Assembly (NCBI GenBank): GCA_003151615.1
Contig: PLXZ01000004.1
Coordinates: 46,118 to 110,117, forward strand
DNA: 64,000 nt
DNA from: Candidatus Tayloriibacteriota bacterium
Lineage (GTDB): Bacteria; Patescibacteriota; Minisyncoccia; Phycocordibacterales; PALSA-1337
Direction: 5' to 3'
Shown here: in pieces, positions 29,574-39,136 of the stretch
How the letters are laid out: each line of letters starts with the position of its first letter
Position numbering within the stretch: position 1 is the first letter of the stretch
The notes under the pieces: model-generated
Told to the model about the DNA's origin: nothing
The model's database searches: none
What the model saw: only the letters and a program-made list of their open reading frames with translations
Position numbers and translations under genes: made by a program

Positions 29574-31040
29574 TTACAGAGGAAATGAAATGGTAAAACG
29601 GGTTTCTGCGTTCGGTGTGCTCTCTACGCTTATTTTTCCCTTAAGTCCTTCTTCGACGATGCTTTTTACGGTGGAAAGGCCGACACCGATTCCTTTGTCC
29701 GACGATTTTGTGCTGAAGAATGCCTTAAAGATTTGGGGAATATTTTTGGGAGGAATTCCCGGACCGTTATCCGATACGATAATGAAAGCGGAGTCCTCCT
29801 TTCGGAACAGTTCAATGTCGATTGTCTTTCCGTTTTCGTCGTGTTTGTCCGGAGCCGTCTCATGCGCATCAATCGCATTTGATACGAGATTCAAAAAGAT
29901 TCTCTGAAAGTATATTGCGCTTATGTGCGTGAATACATTATTGTCGGATTTTACCCGTATGAGAACCTGCGCGTTGCGGGCCTTGTGTTTAAGAATTTCC
30001 AGCGTAGCGTACAGTTCGTCGGTGACGGAAATTCTTTTTTCCTGGACAGCTTCAGCGTTATTGTTTTGAGGGCCGCTGTGTCTGATGTAATTTCTGATCA
30101 GATTCATGAAACTTCCCATTTTATGCGAGGCCGCCACGGCAATTTGCAGATATGCCCGTGCCTCGTGTGCTTCAGGCAGGTCAACATTCCGTAATTTTTC
30201 CATGTGAAGAGCGACCGATGACAACGGCGTCATCAGATCGTGAAAGATTCCCTGTGAAAGCTTGCCGAATTCGGCAATACGCGAAATGTCAGCCATTCTT
30301 TCCGCCTGCGCCTTGTGAAGTTCGTCAGTCCGTTCTTTCACTTTTATTTCAAGAAGATCGCGTTCCTCCGCCAGCGCGCGTTCCGAAGACCGTGCCCGAT
30401 CGAGGGATTTTTGAATTTCGCGGTTCGACAGCCAGGACAGAGCGGCGATGAATACTAGTATTCCGGCATACGCAATAACGTCGGTTGATTTCAATCCCTC
30501 ATATTTCCACGGGAGAACACCGAGCGAATATATTTCGTGAACCGAGAGCGCGGTGAGGCTTATGATGACCAGTCCGGATACCAAAAAGCCAAAGCTCGAA
30601 CCTATCAATATGCTTGCCGTCACTGATATCAATGCAAACGACAAAAGAATTGCCGGCAGACTGACGCCCCAATGCCATCCTCCGTATAATGCGCCAGTAC
30701 CGTAGAGACCTATGATCGTGTATGAAACTGCACGCGCGTATCCGCGTTTGGAAGCGATGAACATAAGTACGCACGCGACAACGATCAACGTGAAGGTTGT
30801 CCAGGGGATTCCGTGGTAATGCGGAAATTGCCGGATGCTGTTCCATAGTATTGTTGCGTCGAGGAAAGAAAGGAGAAGTATGGAGAATAGCAGAATAATA
30901 TTCAGAATCAGTTCGCGCCGGCGCGCATCTTCGTCGTTTGATGTAGGTGCGACGAGTGCGAGTATCATTGCGGGAATACGCGCCTTAAAAACGCGTGTTC
31001 CCGCCCTGAGCAAATCTGTCATTTTCCGTGTTATTTCCAT
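29574..31040 (-). CDS. Polytopic membrane sensor histidine kinase
   Basis: About 6 N-terminal TM helices; H-box FHDLMTPL; NLVSNAIDA, DNGPGI, FFSTK, GIGVGL. Confidence 0.95.
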   Translation of the reverse strand: MEITRKMTDLLRAGTRVFKARIPAMILALVAPTSNDEDARRRELILNIILLFSILLLSFLDATILWNSIRQFPHYHGIPWTTFTLIVVACVLMFIASKRGYARAVSYTIIGLYGTGALYGGWHWGVSLPAILLSFALISVTASILIGSSFGFLVSGLVIISLTALSVHEIYSLGVLPWKYEGLKSTDVIAYAGILVFIAALSWLSNREIQKSLDRARSSERALAEERDLLEIKVKERTDELHKAQAERMADISRIAEFGKLSQGIFHDLMTPLSSVALHMEKLRNVDLPEAHEARAYLQIAVAASHKMGSFMNLIRNYIRHSGPQNNNAEAVQEKRISVTDELYATLEILKHKARNAQVLIRVKSDNNVFTHISAIYFQRIFLNLVSNAIDAHETAPDKHDENGKTIDIELFRKEDSAFIIVSDNGPGIPPKNIPQIFKAFFSTKSSDKGIGVGLSTVKSIVEEGLKGKISVESTPNAETRFTISFPL

Positions 31041-31060
31041 GAGTTCGATTCAGTCATTGC

Positions 31061-31159
31061 TTAATCGTTCCACGGCGCGAATTCGCCGGCATCGTCATCG
31101 CCCGCATCGATTGATTTTTTCACTGTTTCGTCTGAAATTTTTGTCTGTTCAATATTCAT
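31061..31159 (-). CDS. 32-aa candidate signal/RiPP precursor peptide (ComX-like, Trp third from the C-terminus)
   Basis: Manual translation MNIEQTKISDETVKKSIDAGDDDAGEFAPWND*; below the ORF-track cutoff; ends 20 nt before the kinase ATG, downstream of a -10 box. Confidence 0.7.
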   Translation of the reverse strand: MNIEQTKISDETVKKSIDAGDDDAGEFAPWND

Positions 31160-31218
31160 TTTCTTGCAAAAAATTGGCTGATAAAATTATGTCCGACTTT
31201 TATTTCATAATCCTTGCC

Positions 31219-31273
31219 AGTATAAACAATGGGGTATGAAGGATTTATAAAAAAGTCATAAAATTTTGATAAA
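31219..31273 (-). promoter_or_regulatory. Promoter with four 11-bp-periodic TTTAT repeats and TATACT -10 (peptide-kinase-cyclase operon)
   Basis: Minus-strand TTTAT/TTTAT/TTTAT/TTCAT starting at 31273/31262/31251/31240; -10 at 31224-31219. Confidence 0.75.
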
Positions 31274-31326
31274 ATTTGCGCGGGACTTCATTCTTCAAAC
31301 TATGTCAATGTCGTTGTAATGGTTCA

Positions 31327-31995
31327 TTATTCATTAATGCTATAACCGCGTCCGGGCACGTTCCGGATCAGGTCTTTTTTCCGCCCGACATTTATTTTCT
31401 TGCGCAAATTGAGGATGTGCGATTCTATGGTGTTGGAAAACGGATCACTTTCGGCACTCCAGACGCGTTCCATGATGACGCTCCGCGACAATACCATTCC
31501 CGGATTTTTCATCAGGAAATGAAGCAGATTAAATTCCTTTCTCGTCAGGTAAATGCCGGTTTGCCCGCGCAGGACCGTTTGTTTTTCTCCGTCGAGCACA
31601 AGATCGCCGACACAAAGCATGTTTGATTCTATTTTGTGCGGCCGGCGCGCTACTGCGCGGACGCGTGCGCGCAATTCCTTGAATGAAAAGGGTTTTGTCA
31701 TATAATCGTCCGCGCCTTTTTCCAGGGAGTTGACTTTATGATAAATTTCGCCCATGACGGAGAGAAAAATGATGGGCGTGGTTTTTCCGGCGGCCCGAAT
31801 TTCGTCGCAAATAATTCCTCCATTTTTCTTCGGAAGGGAATAGTCCAGAATAATGACGTCATATTCATTCGTGCGCGCCAAATACGATCCGTCGGCGCCA
31901 TTGTCCGCAGTGTCCACCGTTGACGACTCCGCTTCAAATCCGTCCCGCAAAAACTCCCGCATTTCAGGATCGTCTTCAACGATTAATATCTTCAT
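31327..31995 (-). CDS. OmpR/PhoB-family response regulator
   Basis: KILIVEDD, ILDYSLP, GADDYMTKPF, LTRKEF, winged helix IRNVPGRGY; TATAAT 7 nt before ATG 31995. Confidence 0.96.
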   Translation of the reverse strand: MKILIVEDDPEMREFLRDGFEAESSTVDTADNGADGSYLARTNEYDVIILDYSLPKKNGGIICDEIRAAGKTTPIIFLSVMGEIYHKVNSLEKGADDYMTKPFSFKELRARVRAVARRPHKIESNMLCVGDLVLDGEKQTVLRGQTGIYLTRKEFNLLHFLMKNPGMVLSRSVIMERVWSAESDPFSNTIESHILNLRKKINVGRKKDLIRNVPGRGYSINE

Positions 31996-32049
31996 GCTGA
32001 GCATTATAGTTTATGCACAGCGTAAAAGCGATGTATACGCTGAATAACT

Positions 32050-32115
32050 TTCACGATTTCTTTATCAAAATTTTATCTTTATTTTATAAAGATTTTATCC
32101 CGCGTATGGTATGCT
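32050..32115 (+). promoter_or_regulatory. Promoter with 11-bp-periodic TTTAT repeats and TATGCT -10 (DedA-PAP2)
   Basis: TTTAT at 32061/32072/32083/32094 (TTCAC at 32050); -10 at 32110-32115. Confidence 0.75.
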
Positions 32116-32135
32116 TATTTCAAGCCATATTTGCC

Positions 32136-33473
32136 ATGCAACCGCTCATTCATCATTTTCCACATATAATGCCGGTAGGGGCCTTTATCGCCCAATTTCA
32201 AGCCATACTTCAGCACGGCGGCTATTGGCTGATTGCCGCGGCATCGGTTTTGGAATCGATTCCGCTCCTCGGTACTATCATTCCGGGACATACAATCGTC
32301 ATTATCGGAGGGTTTTTTGCCAAGCTCGGTTTCCTCAATATATATGCAGTCGCCGGCATCGCGGCGGCGGGATCGATTCTCGGCGATCTCATCGGATATT
32401 TTTTGGGAAAGAAATACGGATTGTCGCTCATCACAAAATGGGGCAAATATTTTTTGTTGAGACAGGAGAATATCGACAAAGCCCGAACGCTCATTGAACG
32501 CCACATGGGCAAGGCTCTTATTATCGGGCGCTTCAATCCGGTGGCGCGTTGCTTCACGCCGTTTCTGGTCGGCGCGGGCGGAGGGAAGTGGAAAATGTTT
32601 TGGATTTACGACATCATCGCCGGAATCAGCTGGGCAATCATATCGGTCGGCATCGGATATATTTTCGGAGCAAGCTATCACTTGATTGCCAGCTTCATCG
32701 GCGAATTCACGACCATTGGCATCGCCATCGCGATATTGATAGGTCTGGGATATTACTTTGTGAACAGAAGCAGGCATTTGTTTTCCCGGCATGATTTGTA
32801 TCTCCTGTTCACGAGCCTTTTTTCCGTGATCATTTTTTTCAAGAGCGTCCAGGACATTTTTTCGCGCCAGCCAATTTTCGTCAACTTGGATGTCGCGATG
32901 AATATGGCCATGGCGCGTCACGTTGTTCCATTTTTAGTGGAGTTGTCGAAAATAATCAGCGATGTTCTGTCTCCGTTGGTACTGTGCATTGTCGCCGCGC
33001 TTTTCGCCGTCTGGTTTTTGGCCAAAAAGCGTCGGCATTATCTGCATATTTTAATTTCCGCATTTCCGGTCGGTCTCGTTTTCGATTATGTTTTAAAAAA
33101 TGCCATTCAAAGGCCGCGTCCGGTTGACATGCTTGTTCACGAGCCGGGTTTCAGCTTTCCGTCTGGGCACGCCGTGGCTATTGCACTTTTCTGTACATTG
33201 ATGATTTATTATTTCGCGCGATCCATTAAAAATCGCCACTGGAGAGATACGTTCATAGTCGGAAATTTTTTTCTCGTCGTGCTTGTCTGCGCCGCCCGCG
33301 TATATTTGAACGTCCACTGGTTCAGCGACGTGCTCGCCGGCGCATCATTCGGAGTTTTTTGGGCGACCCTTTCGATATTGATCGTCCGTTATCTCGAAGG
33401 TCTGTCGCAGGGTAGGGGCGCAGAGGAGATCAAAATAGACCATATAAAAGCCGAAATGGCAGTTGAAGAATAA
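32136..33473 (+). CDS. DedA/VTT domain fused to PAP2 phosphatase
   Basis: ESIP...IPG, GD..GY..G, GRF.P..R (DedA); K....RPRP, FPSGHA, RVYLNVHWFSDV (PAP2); start is the first ATG after the -10. Confidence 0.92.
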   Translation: MQPLIHHFPHIMPVGAFIAQFQAILQHGGYWLIAAASVLESIPLLGTIIPGHTIVIIGGFFAKLGFLNIYAVAGIAAAGSILGDLIGYFLGKKYGLSLITKWGKYFLLRQENIDKARTLIERHMGKALIIGRFNPVARCFTPFLVGAGGGKWKMFWIYDIIAGISWAIISVGIGYIFGASYHLIASFIGEFTTIGIAIAILIGLGYYFVNRSRHLFSRHDLYLLFTSLFSVIIFFKSVQDIFSRQPIFVNLDVAMNMAMARHVVPFLVELSKIISDVLSPLVLCIVAALFAVWFLAKKRRHYLHILISAFPVGLVFDYVLKNAIQRPRPVDMLVHEPGFSFPSGHAVAIALFCTLMIYYFARSIKNRHWRDTFIVGNFFLVVLVCAARVYLNVHWFSDVLAGASFGVFWATLSILIVRYLEGLSQGRGAEEIKIDHIKAEMAVEE

Positions 33474-33497
33474 GGCGAAATTTGTTAGGATAATCGA

Positions 33498-34172
33498 ATG
33501 GTCATAACCTATTTTGGCGCTGAATTTTTCAAGGTCCAGTTCGGGGATATTACCCTGGCCTTTAATCCCGTCTCCAAGGATTCAAAAATAAAGCCGTCCC
33601 GTTTCGGGGCCGACATCGTTTTGGTCTCGACGTATCACGAGGATTTCAACGGCATCGATCAGGTGACGCATGGCGACAAAAAACCATTTGCGATAAGCGG
33701 CCCGGGCGAGTATGAAGTGAAGGGCGTTTTTATAAAAGGGTTGGCGAGCGAATCTGGCTATGGACAAAAAACCTCCGAAAAATCGGCTGAAAAACCTCTC
33801 GTCAATACTATATATACGGTATCGCTCGAAAATATGAATCTCTGTTTTTTGGGCGCGATCAACAATGCCGAACTGGCAAATGAGACCGTCGAAGCTCTTG
33901 ATGAGATAGACATTCTGTTTGTGCCGATTGGAGGCGAGGGCGTGCTTGATGCGGCGAAGGCATACAAATTTGCGGTATCACTCGAACCCAAACTGATCAT
34001 TCCAATGCATTATTCGACGGCCGGCGCGGATATGGGCGCTGCGAATGCATTGAAGGCTTTTCTGAAGGAGGCAGGCGAGAATCCGGCACCGGTTGCAAAA
34101 CTGACCCTGAAGAAAAAAGATCTCGAGGGCAAGGAAGCCGATGTCATTGTATTGGAGTCCAGCAAGGAGTAA
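33498..34172 (+). CDS. MBL-fold hydrolase-like protein with degenerate metal motif
   Basis: GPGEYEV, DILFVPIGG, IIPMHY; the HxHxDH motif reads STYHEDF. Confidence 0.75.
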   Translation: MVITYFGAEFFKVQFGDITLAFNPVSKDSKIKPSRFGADIVLVSTYHEDFNGIDQVTHGDKKPFAISGPGEYEVKGVFIKGLASESGYGQKTSEKSAEKPLVNTIYTVSLENMNLCFLGAINNAELANETVEALDEIDILFVPIGGEGVLDAAKAYKFAVSLEPKLIIPMHYSTAGADMGAANALKAFLKEAGENPAPVAKLTLKKKDLEGKEADVIVLESSKE

Positions 34173-34198
34173 TATATGAGCAATTAAAACCAATCAAA

Positions 34199-34567
34199 AT
34201 GATGGACAAACTTGAACAATTAAGAGCCAAGCCGGATCATATAAAGCGCATGATTGCGGCGGGCGTTGCCGGGGGAATAACCCTGGTCATCATTGTTTTT
34301 TGGATTGTTTCGCTTTCCGTTTCAAGCGGTTCGTCGGCAATGGCTGATAATGCTTCGGCTCAAATTGCCGCGTCGCCATTTTCGACTCTTTCCGCGAGCG
34401 TCGAGGACGCTTTTGTTCCCGTCGGCGCCGCTTTCGAACGGATGATGGGTTATTTCAGCGGAACGCAGGCTACTTCTTCAAACGCCATTCAAATGTATTC
34501 GCCGGCCGAAGCACAGGCCGCAGCCTCACAAAATCAATCCGCGCAAATGAATACGGTTAACCAATAA
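34199..34567 (+). CDS. Single-TM hypothetical protein
   Basis: Co-oriented ORF with one TM segment before gyrA. Confidence 0.65.
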   Translation: MMDKLEQLRAKPDHIKRMIAAGVAGGITLVIIVFWIVSLSVSSGSSAMADNASAQIAASPFSTLSASVEDAFVPVGAAFERMMGYFSGTQATSSNAIQMYSPAEAQAAASQNQSAQMNTVNQ

Positions 34568-34581
34568 TATAGAATACGGAT

Positions 34582-37092
34582 ATGGCAAAAGGAAAAAATA
34601 CAAAAAGCGAATTAGCGCCGGTCGAACCGGTTCCTCGAGACCCGGCTCTTGGCATTGTTGCCAGAAATATTACGACGGAAATGCGCGAGTCGTATTTGGA
34701 TTACGCGATGTCCGTCATTACCGCGCGCGCCTTGCCGGACGTCCGCGACGGATTGAAACCGGTGCATCGCCGCATTTTATACGCCATGCATGAAAAAGGC
34801 CTGACTGCTTCCGCAAAATTCCGAAAATCGGCCGTGGTCGTCGGAGACGTGCTCGGTAACTATCATCCGCACGGCGATGTTGCCGTGTACGATTCCATGG
34901 TTGTGATGGCTCAGGATTTTAAAATGCGCTATCCGTTGATTTCCGGACAGGGAAACTTCGGAAACATCGACGGAGACTCTGCGGCGGCTATGCGATATAC
35001 CGAAGCAAAAATGTCGCGCCTCTCCGCTGAACTTTTAAAGGACATTGAAAAAGACACGGTTGATTTTCGTCCGAACTACGACGGCACGCGTAAGGAGCCG
35101 ATCGTTTTGCCGACAGCTGTTCCGAATTTGCTGTTGAACGGAACGCTCGGCATTGCCGTCGGTATGGCGACGAACATCGCTCCGCACAATTTGTCCGAAG
35201 TCGTTGACGCGACCCAGCATTTGCTCGAAGACAAAGACGCGACGACCGAAGATTTGCTTAAATTTATAAAAGGCCCTGATTTTCCGACGGGCGCAATCAT
35301 GTACGGCGAAAAGGACATTCAGCACGCCTACACGACCGGCCGCGGCGGCATTGTCGTTCGTGGAGAAGCCGAAATTACCGAGGACAAGAAAGGACAATTC
35401 CAAATCATTATCACTTCGATTCCATATCGCGTGAACAAGGCTGAGTTGATCATGAAAATTGCGGATCTCGTCCGCGACAAAGTTTTGGAAGGCATCCGCG
35501 CCCTTCGCGACGAATCCGACAAGGACATGCGCATCGTCATCGAATTGAAGCAGGGCGCGCATCCCGAAAAAGTTCTCAATTATATATACAAGCATACCCA
35601 GCTCGAAGACACTTTTCATGTGAATACCGTCGCGCTCGTGCATGGCGTGCCGCAGACGCTTTCATTGAAGTCGATTCTCGAAGAATTCATTTTGCACCGC
35701 GTCGAAGTCATCCGCCGCCGAACGCAGTTCGATTTGAATGCCGCCGAAGCGCGCGAACATATTTTGCTCGGCCTCAAAAAAGCCCTCGACCATATCGACG
35801 AAATCATCAAATTGATCCGCGCGTCAAAAGACGTTCCCGAAGCCCAAGCCGGCTTGATGAAGAAATTCAAATTTACGGTTTTGCAGGCGAATGCCATTTT
35901 GGAAATGCGTCTCTCGAAATTGGCGGGTCTCGAGCGCAAGAAAGTTCTCGATGAATTGGCGGAGGTACAGGCCCTGATCGAAGAATTGAAAAGCATTCTC
36001 GCGAGCGAGAAAAAAGTTCGCGGCATCATCAAGACTGAACTCACCGATATCCGCGCAAAATACGGCGACGAGCGCCGCACGAAATTGGTCCGACACGGCT
36101 TAAAAGATTTCAATCCTGAGGACCTAATTGCCGACGAGGAATCAGTGCTTGTCCTGACAAAAGGAGGCTATATCAAACGCACAAATCCCGACGAATACCG
36201 AAAACAGAAGCGCGGCGGCGTGGGTGTGGTTGATCTTGATACAAAAGAAGAAGACTTCATTTCACATTTGGTTTTCGCCTCGACGCACAATGATTTGCTT
36301 TTCTTTACCGACAAAGGCAAGGCGTATCAGATAAAAATGTACGATATTCCGGAAGGCAAGCGTGCGACAAAGGGCAAATCGGTCATGAATTTCCTGTCGC
36401 TTTCCGACGGCGAAAAAATTACATCGATTTTGCCGATGCCGAAAGACAAGAAAACCGCGGAAGGCCTGGCCCTCATGATGGTTACGAAAAACGGAACCGG
36501 AAAGAAATCGTCCGCGAAACATTTCCATGATGTGCGACGATCCGGTCTGATTGCGATTACTCTCGACGAAGGCGACGAACTCATCTCTGTTTCATTTGTA
36601 TCAAAAAATGACAGCATTGTGATTGCGACGAAGGAAGGCCAGTCGATCCGATTCGATGAAGCTGATGTCCGGGAAATGGGACGCAGTGCCGCCGGCGTGC
36701 GCGTCATCCGCCTCACCGAAGCCGATCCGAAAAAGAAAATCGAGGCCGATGCCGTAATTTCCGCCGACGTTGTTTCAAAAGACGCCAAAAATCCCGCATT
36801 GTTCGTCATGGGGGCAAACGGTTACGGCAAAAAGACCGCACTTTCCGAATACAAAGTCCAGAATCGCGGCGGTTCCGGTATTCTTACTATGAATATCACC
36901 CCAAAAACAGGCACACTCATGGGTGCGCGTGTCGTCACCGACGATGAAACCGAAGTCGTAGCCATGTCCAAAAAATCCCAAGTCATCCGCGTCGATCTCG
37001 CCGAAATACCAACCTTGAGCCGCGCAACGCAGGGTGTCCGCGTCATGAAACTCCGCGAAGGGGATTCGCTTGCGAGCTTGATTTGTCTGTAA
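34582..37092 (+). CDS. gyrA: DNA gyrase subunit A
   Basis: [28 protein letters not shown], GyrA-box QKRGGVG. Confidence 0.98.
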   Translation: MAKGKNTKSELAPVEPVPRDPALGIVARNITTEMRESYLDYAMSVITARALPDVRDGLKPVHRRILYAMHEKGLTASAKFRKSAVVVGDVLGNYHPHGDVAVYDSMVVMAQDFKMRYPLISGQGNFGNIDGDSAAAMRYTEAKMSRLSAELLKDIEKDTVDFRPNYDGTRKEPIVLPTAVPNLLLNGTLGIAVGMATNIAPHNLSEVVDATQHLLEDKDATTEDLLKFIKGPDFPTGAIMYGEKDIQHAYTTGRGGIVVRGEAEITEDKKGQFQIIITSIPYRVNKAELIMKIADLVRDKVLEGIRALRDESDKDMRIVIELKQGAHPEKVLNYIYKHTQLEDTFHVNTVALVHGVPQTLSLKSILEEFILHRVEVIRRRTQFDLNAAEAREHILLGLKKALDHIDEIIKLIRASKDVPEAQAGLMKKFKFTVLQANAILEMRLSKLAGLERKKVLDELAEVQALIEELKSILASEKKVRGIIKTELTDIRAKYGDERRTKLVRHGLKDFNPEDLIADEESVLVLTKGGYIKRTNPDEYRKQKRGGVGVVDLDTKEEDFISHLVFASTHNDLLFFTDKGKAYQIKMYDIPEGKRATKGKSVMNFLSLSDGEKITSILPMPKDKKTAEGLALMMVTKNGTGKKSSAKHFHDVRRSGLIAITLDEGDELISVSFVSKNDSIVIATKEGQSIRFDEADVREMGRSAAGVRVIRLTEADPKKKIEADAVISADVVSKDAKNPALFVMGANGYGKKTALSEYKVQNRGGSGILTMNITPKTGTLMGARVVTDDETEVVAMSKKSQVIRVDLAEIPTLSRATQGVRVMKLREGDSLASLICL

Positions 37093-37107
37093 TTTTTCCT
37101 TTGGAAT

Positions 37108-37626
37108 ATGTTAAAAATCAATTTTTTACCAGATTCGGATCTCGAAGATGTCTCGGAAGCTATTAGCCAGTATCAGGCCATTTGGGATTCAGACGGAGAA
37201 AAAATCGTAAAAGCTTGGGAAGATGTCACCGGTTATAAATTTAAGGAGACTTTTATAAACGCAACCATTTGGGGCGGCAGAGGAGGCCATTCAAGTCCTC
37301 TCGCTCTTACTGCGTGGAGAAAGTCGATTGATGATAAAAAGCTTCATCTAGTTCATGAACTTGGACACAGGGTTCTTCTTCTGCCGCGCCGTGAAATATA
37401 CAAAAAGACTCGAATTTTCGATGATAGTTTGAGTAATCATAAGGTCTTAGACCTCGTCCTGTACGATGTTTATGAAATGGTCTACGGAAAAGAATTTAGA
37501 GATTATGCCGTCAAACAAGACTCCGAAATGCTTCCGCCTTTATATAAAGAAGCATGGGATTTTGCGCTTTCATTCAAAACAAAAGAAGAACGCCAGCAAA
37601 AATTCAAGGAGATGATGGCTGCTTAG
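37108..37626 (+). CDS. Hypothetical protein with HExxH motif
   Basis: LVHELGHR. Confidence 0.55.
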   Translation: MLKINFLPDSDLEDVSEAISQYQAIWDSDGEKIVKAWEDVTGYKFKETFINATIWGGRGGHSSPLALTAWRKSIDDKKLHLVHELGHRVLLLPRREIYKKTRIFDDSLSNHKVLDLVLYDVYEMVYGKEFRDYAVKQDSEMLPPLYKEAWDFALSFKTKEERQQKFKEMMAA

Positions 37627-37643
37627 AAATCGATTCCGCCGAT

Positions 37644-38411
37644 CTATTTTTGGTGCTGTTCGGAAACATTCCAGATCCCATCAAACAATGCCTGCATCGT
37701 ATCGGCATGTTCTTTTGAAGTTATAAGTACGCAATAGCTGTTTTTCTTCGAAGAAACGTAGAGGGTCTTGTCGTCGTAAAGGAAAATGGTCGTCTGAAAT
37801 TTTCCGCGCATGACTTCCGGCATGATTCGAACCTGCGAAAATCCCTCATAATATTGCTTTATGAGTTTTTTATCTACGGCATTTTCCCAAATATTCTTGG
37901 TTTTTATGTTTCTCCGGATGCGCTCTTCGACGAAGAGTTCGACAAAATCCTTACCGATTTGCCAGAAAAAGTTTTCTTTCGGAACGATCGAATTGATGCG
38001 GCCGCTTTTGCAATAGAGCATTTCCATTATTGTATTTTTCACTGCGTCGACTCCTTCATAAAAAGCAACGGTCGGTTTTTGATGCGCGGGGGATGGTGTC
38101 GCGACAAGGGAAGGGATCATCTCGTCGACATGTTTCTGAAGCTTGGAAAATTCCAATGCTTTTTCTTTGGCAATGATTGCAAGTTTTCTGATTGGTTCGA
38201 GCGTGAAGCTCTTATCGCCGGCCAATCCGGTCTTGCTCGTCAAGCCGCGTTTTTCGAGACAGCCGAGGGCGTAATAAACGGTAGGGCGCTTCAATCGGGT
38301 AACTTTTACCAAATCCCGGGCTGTCCGCACGCCGGATACCATAGCCAAATACACCGTGACTTCCGAATCACTCAGGCCGAGATCCATAAGATGTTTCCGT
38401 GGTTCATTCAT
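37644..38411 (-). CDS. TrmB-family transcriptional regulator
   Basis: LGLSDSE..VYL...R.TVY..L..L..RGL; FYEG; C-terminal IFLYDDK...LFDGIW. Confidence 0.85.
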   Translation of the reverse strand: MNEPRKHLMDLGLSDSEVTVYLAMVSGVRTARDLVKVTRLKRPTVYYALGCLEKRGLTSKTGLAGDKSFTLEPIRKLAIIAKEKALEFSKLQKHVDEMIPSLVATPSPAHQKPTVAFYEGVDAVKNTIMEMLYCKSGRINSIVPKENFFWQIGKDFVELFVEERIRRNIKTKNIWENAVDKKLIKQYYEGFSQVRIMPEVMRGKFQTTIFLYDDKTLYVSSKKNSYCVLITSKEHADTMQALFDGIWNVSEQHQK

Positions 38412-38500
38412 ATTTGTATAACGGTTATTATACACTATGGACTATTTTTGTCAATTTGATATGGTATGCTCAGAACAGAACATTAAAAAAGGACTAACTT

Positions 38501-39136
38501 ATGAACGCATTCGGCCTTACCGGCACTATCGGCTGCGGTAAAAGTACCGTAGCCAATTTACTCTCGAAGTATCAGGATGTCTCGATTTTTGACTGTGATC
38601 GGATTGCCAAAGAAATCATATCTGGCACCGAACACAGGAAAGAAACAGCGAACATTCTCGAAGCGGACGTTTTTCCTGAAGGAAAAGTTGATTTCAAAGC
38701 GGTTGCGAAGATAATCTTCGAAAAACCGGAAAAGAAAAGGCTGTTCGAAAAGTTGATCCATCCTCTTGTATGGAAAGCTGTGCAGGAAAAAGTGGATTCG
38801 ACCGGCAACAGCCAAATCTATGTCGTTGAATCGGCCATCATTTACGAAACAGCCAGTGAGGGCAGGTTTCTAGCTACAATTGTTGCAGTATGCAACCCTC
38901 GCGAACAGTTTCGCAGGCTTCGAGAAAATCGACACATGACGGATGCAGATATCCGGATACGTCTCGGTCAACAACTTCCTTCATCGGAAAAAGAAAAATG
39001 GGCTCAATTCGTGATTCATACGGATTGCAGTCTCGAACATCTCAAAGATAGGGTAAGCGATCTCTATCAAAATCTCAAACAACAGAAAGGAGTTAATTAT
39101 GAAAACACGAAAAGCGGTCTACGCGGCAAGCCTTGA
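38501..39136 (+). CDS. coaE: Dephospho-CoA kinase
   Basis: GLTGTIGCGKST, DCD.IA, LIHPLV, R...Q. Confidence 0.9.
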   Translation: MNAFGLTGTIGCGKSTVANLLSKYQDVSIFDCDRIAKEIISGTEHRKETANILEADVFPEGKVDFKAVAKIIFEKPEKKRLFEKLIHPLVWKAVQEKVDSTGNSQIYVVESAIIYETASEGRFLATIVAVCNPREQFRRLRENRHMTDADIRIRLGQQLPSSEKEKWAQFVIHTDCSLEHLKDRVSDLYQNLKQQKGVNYENTKSGLRGKP

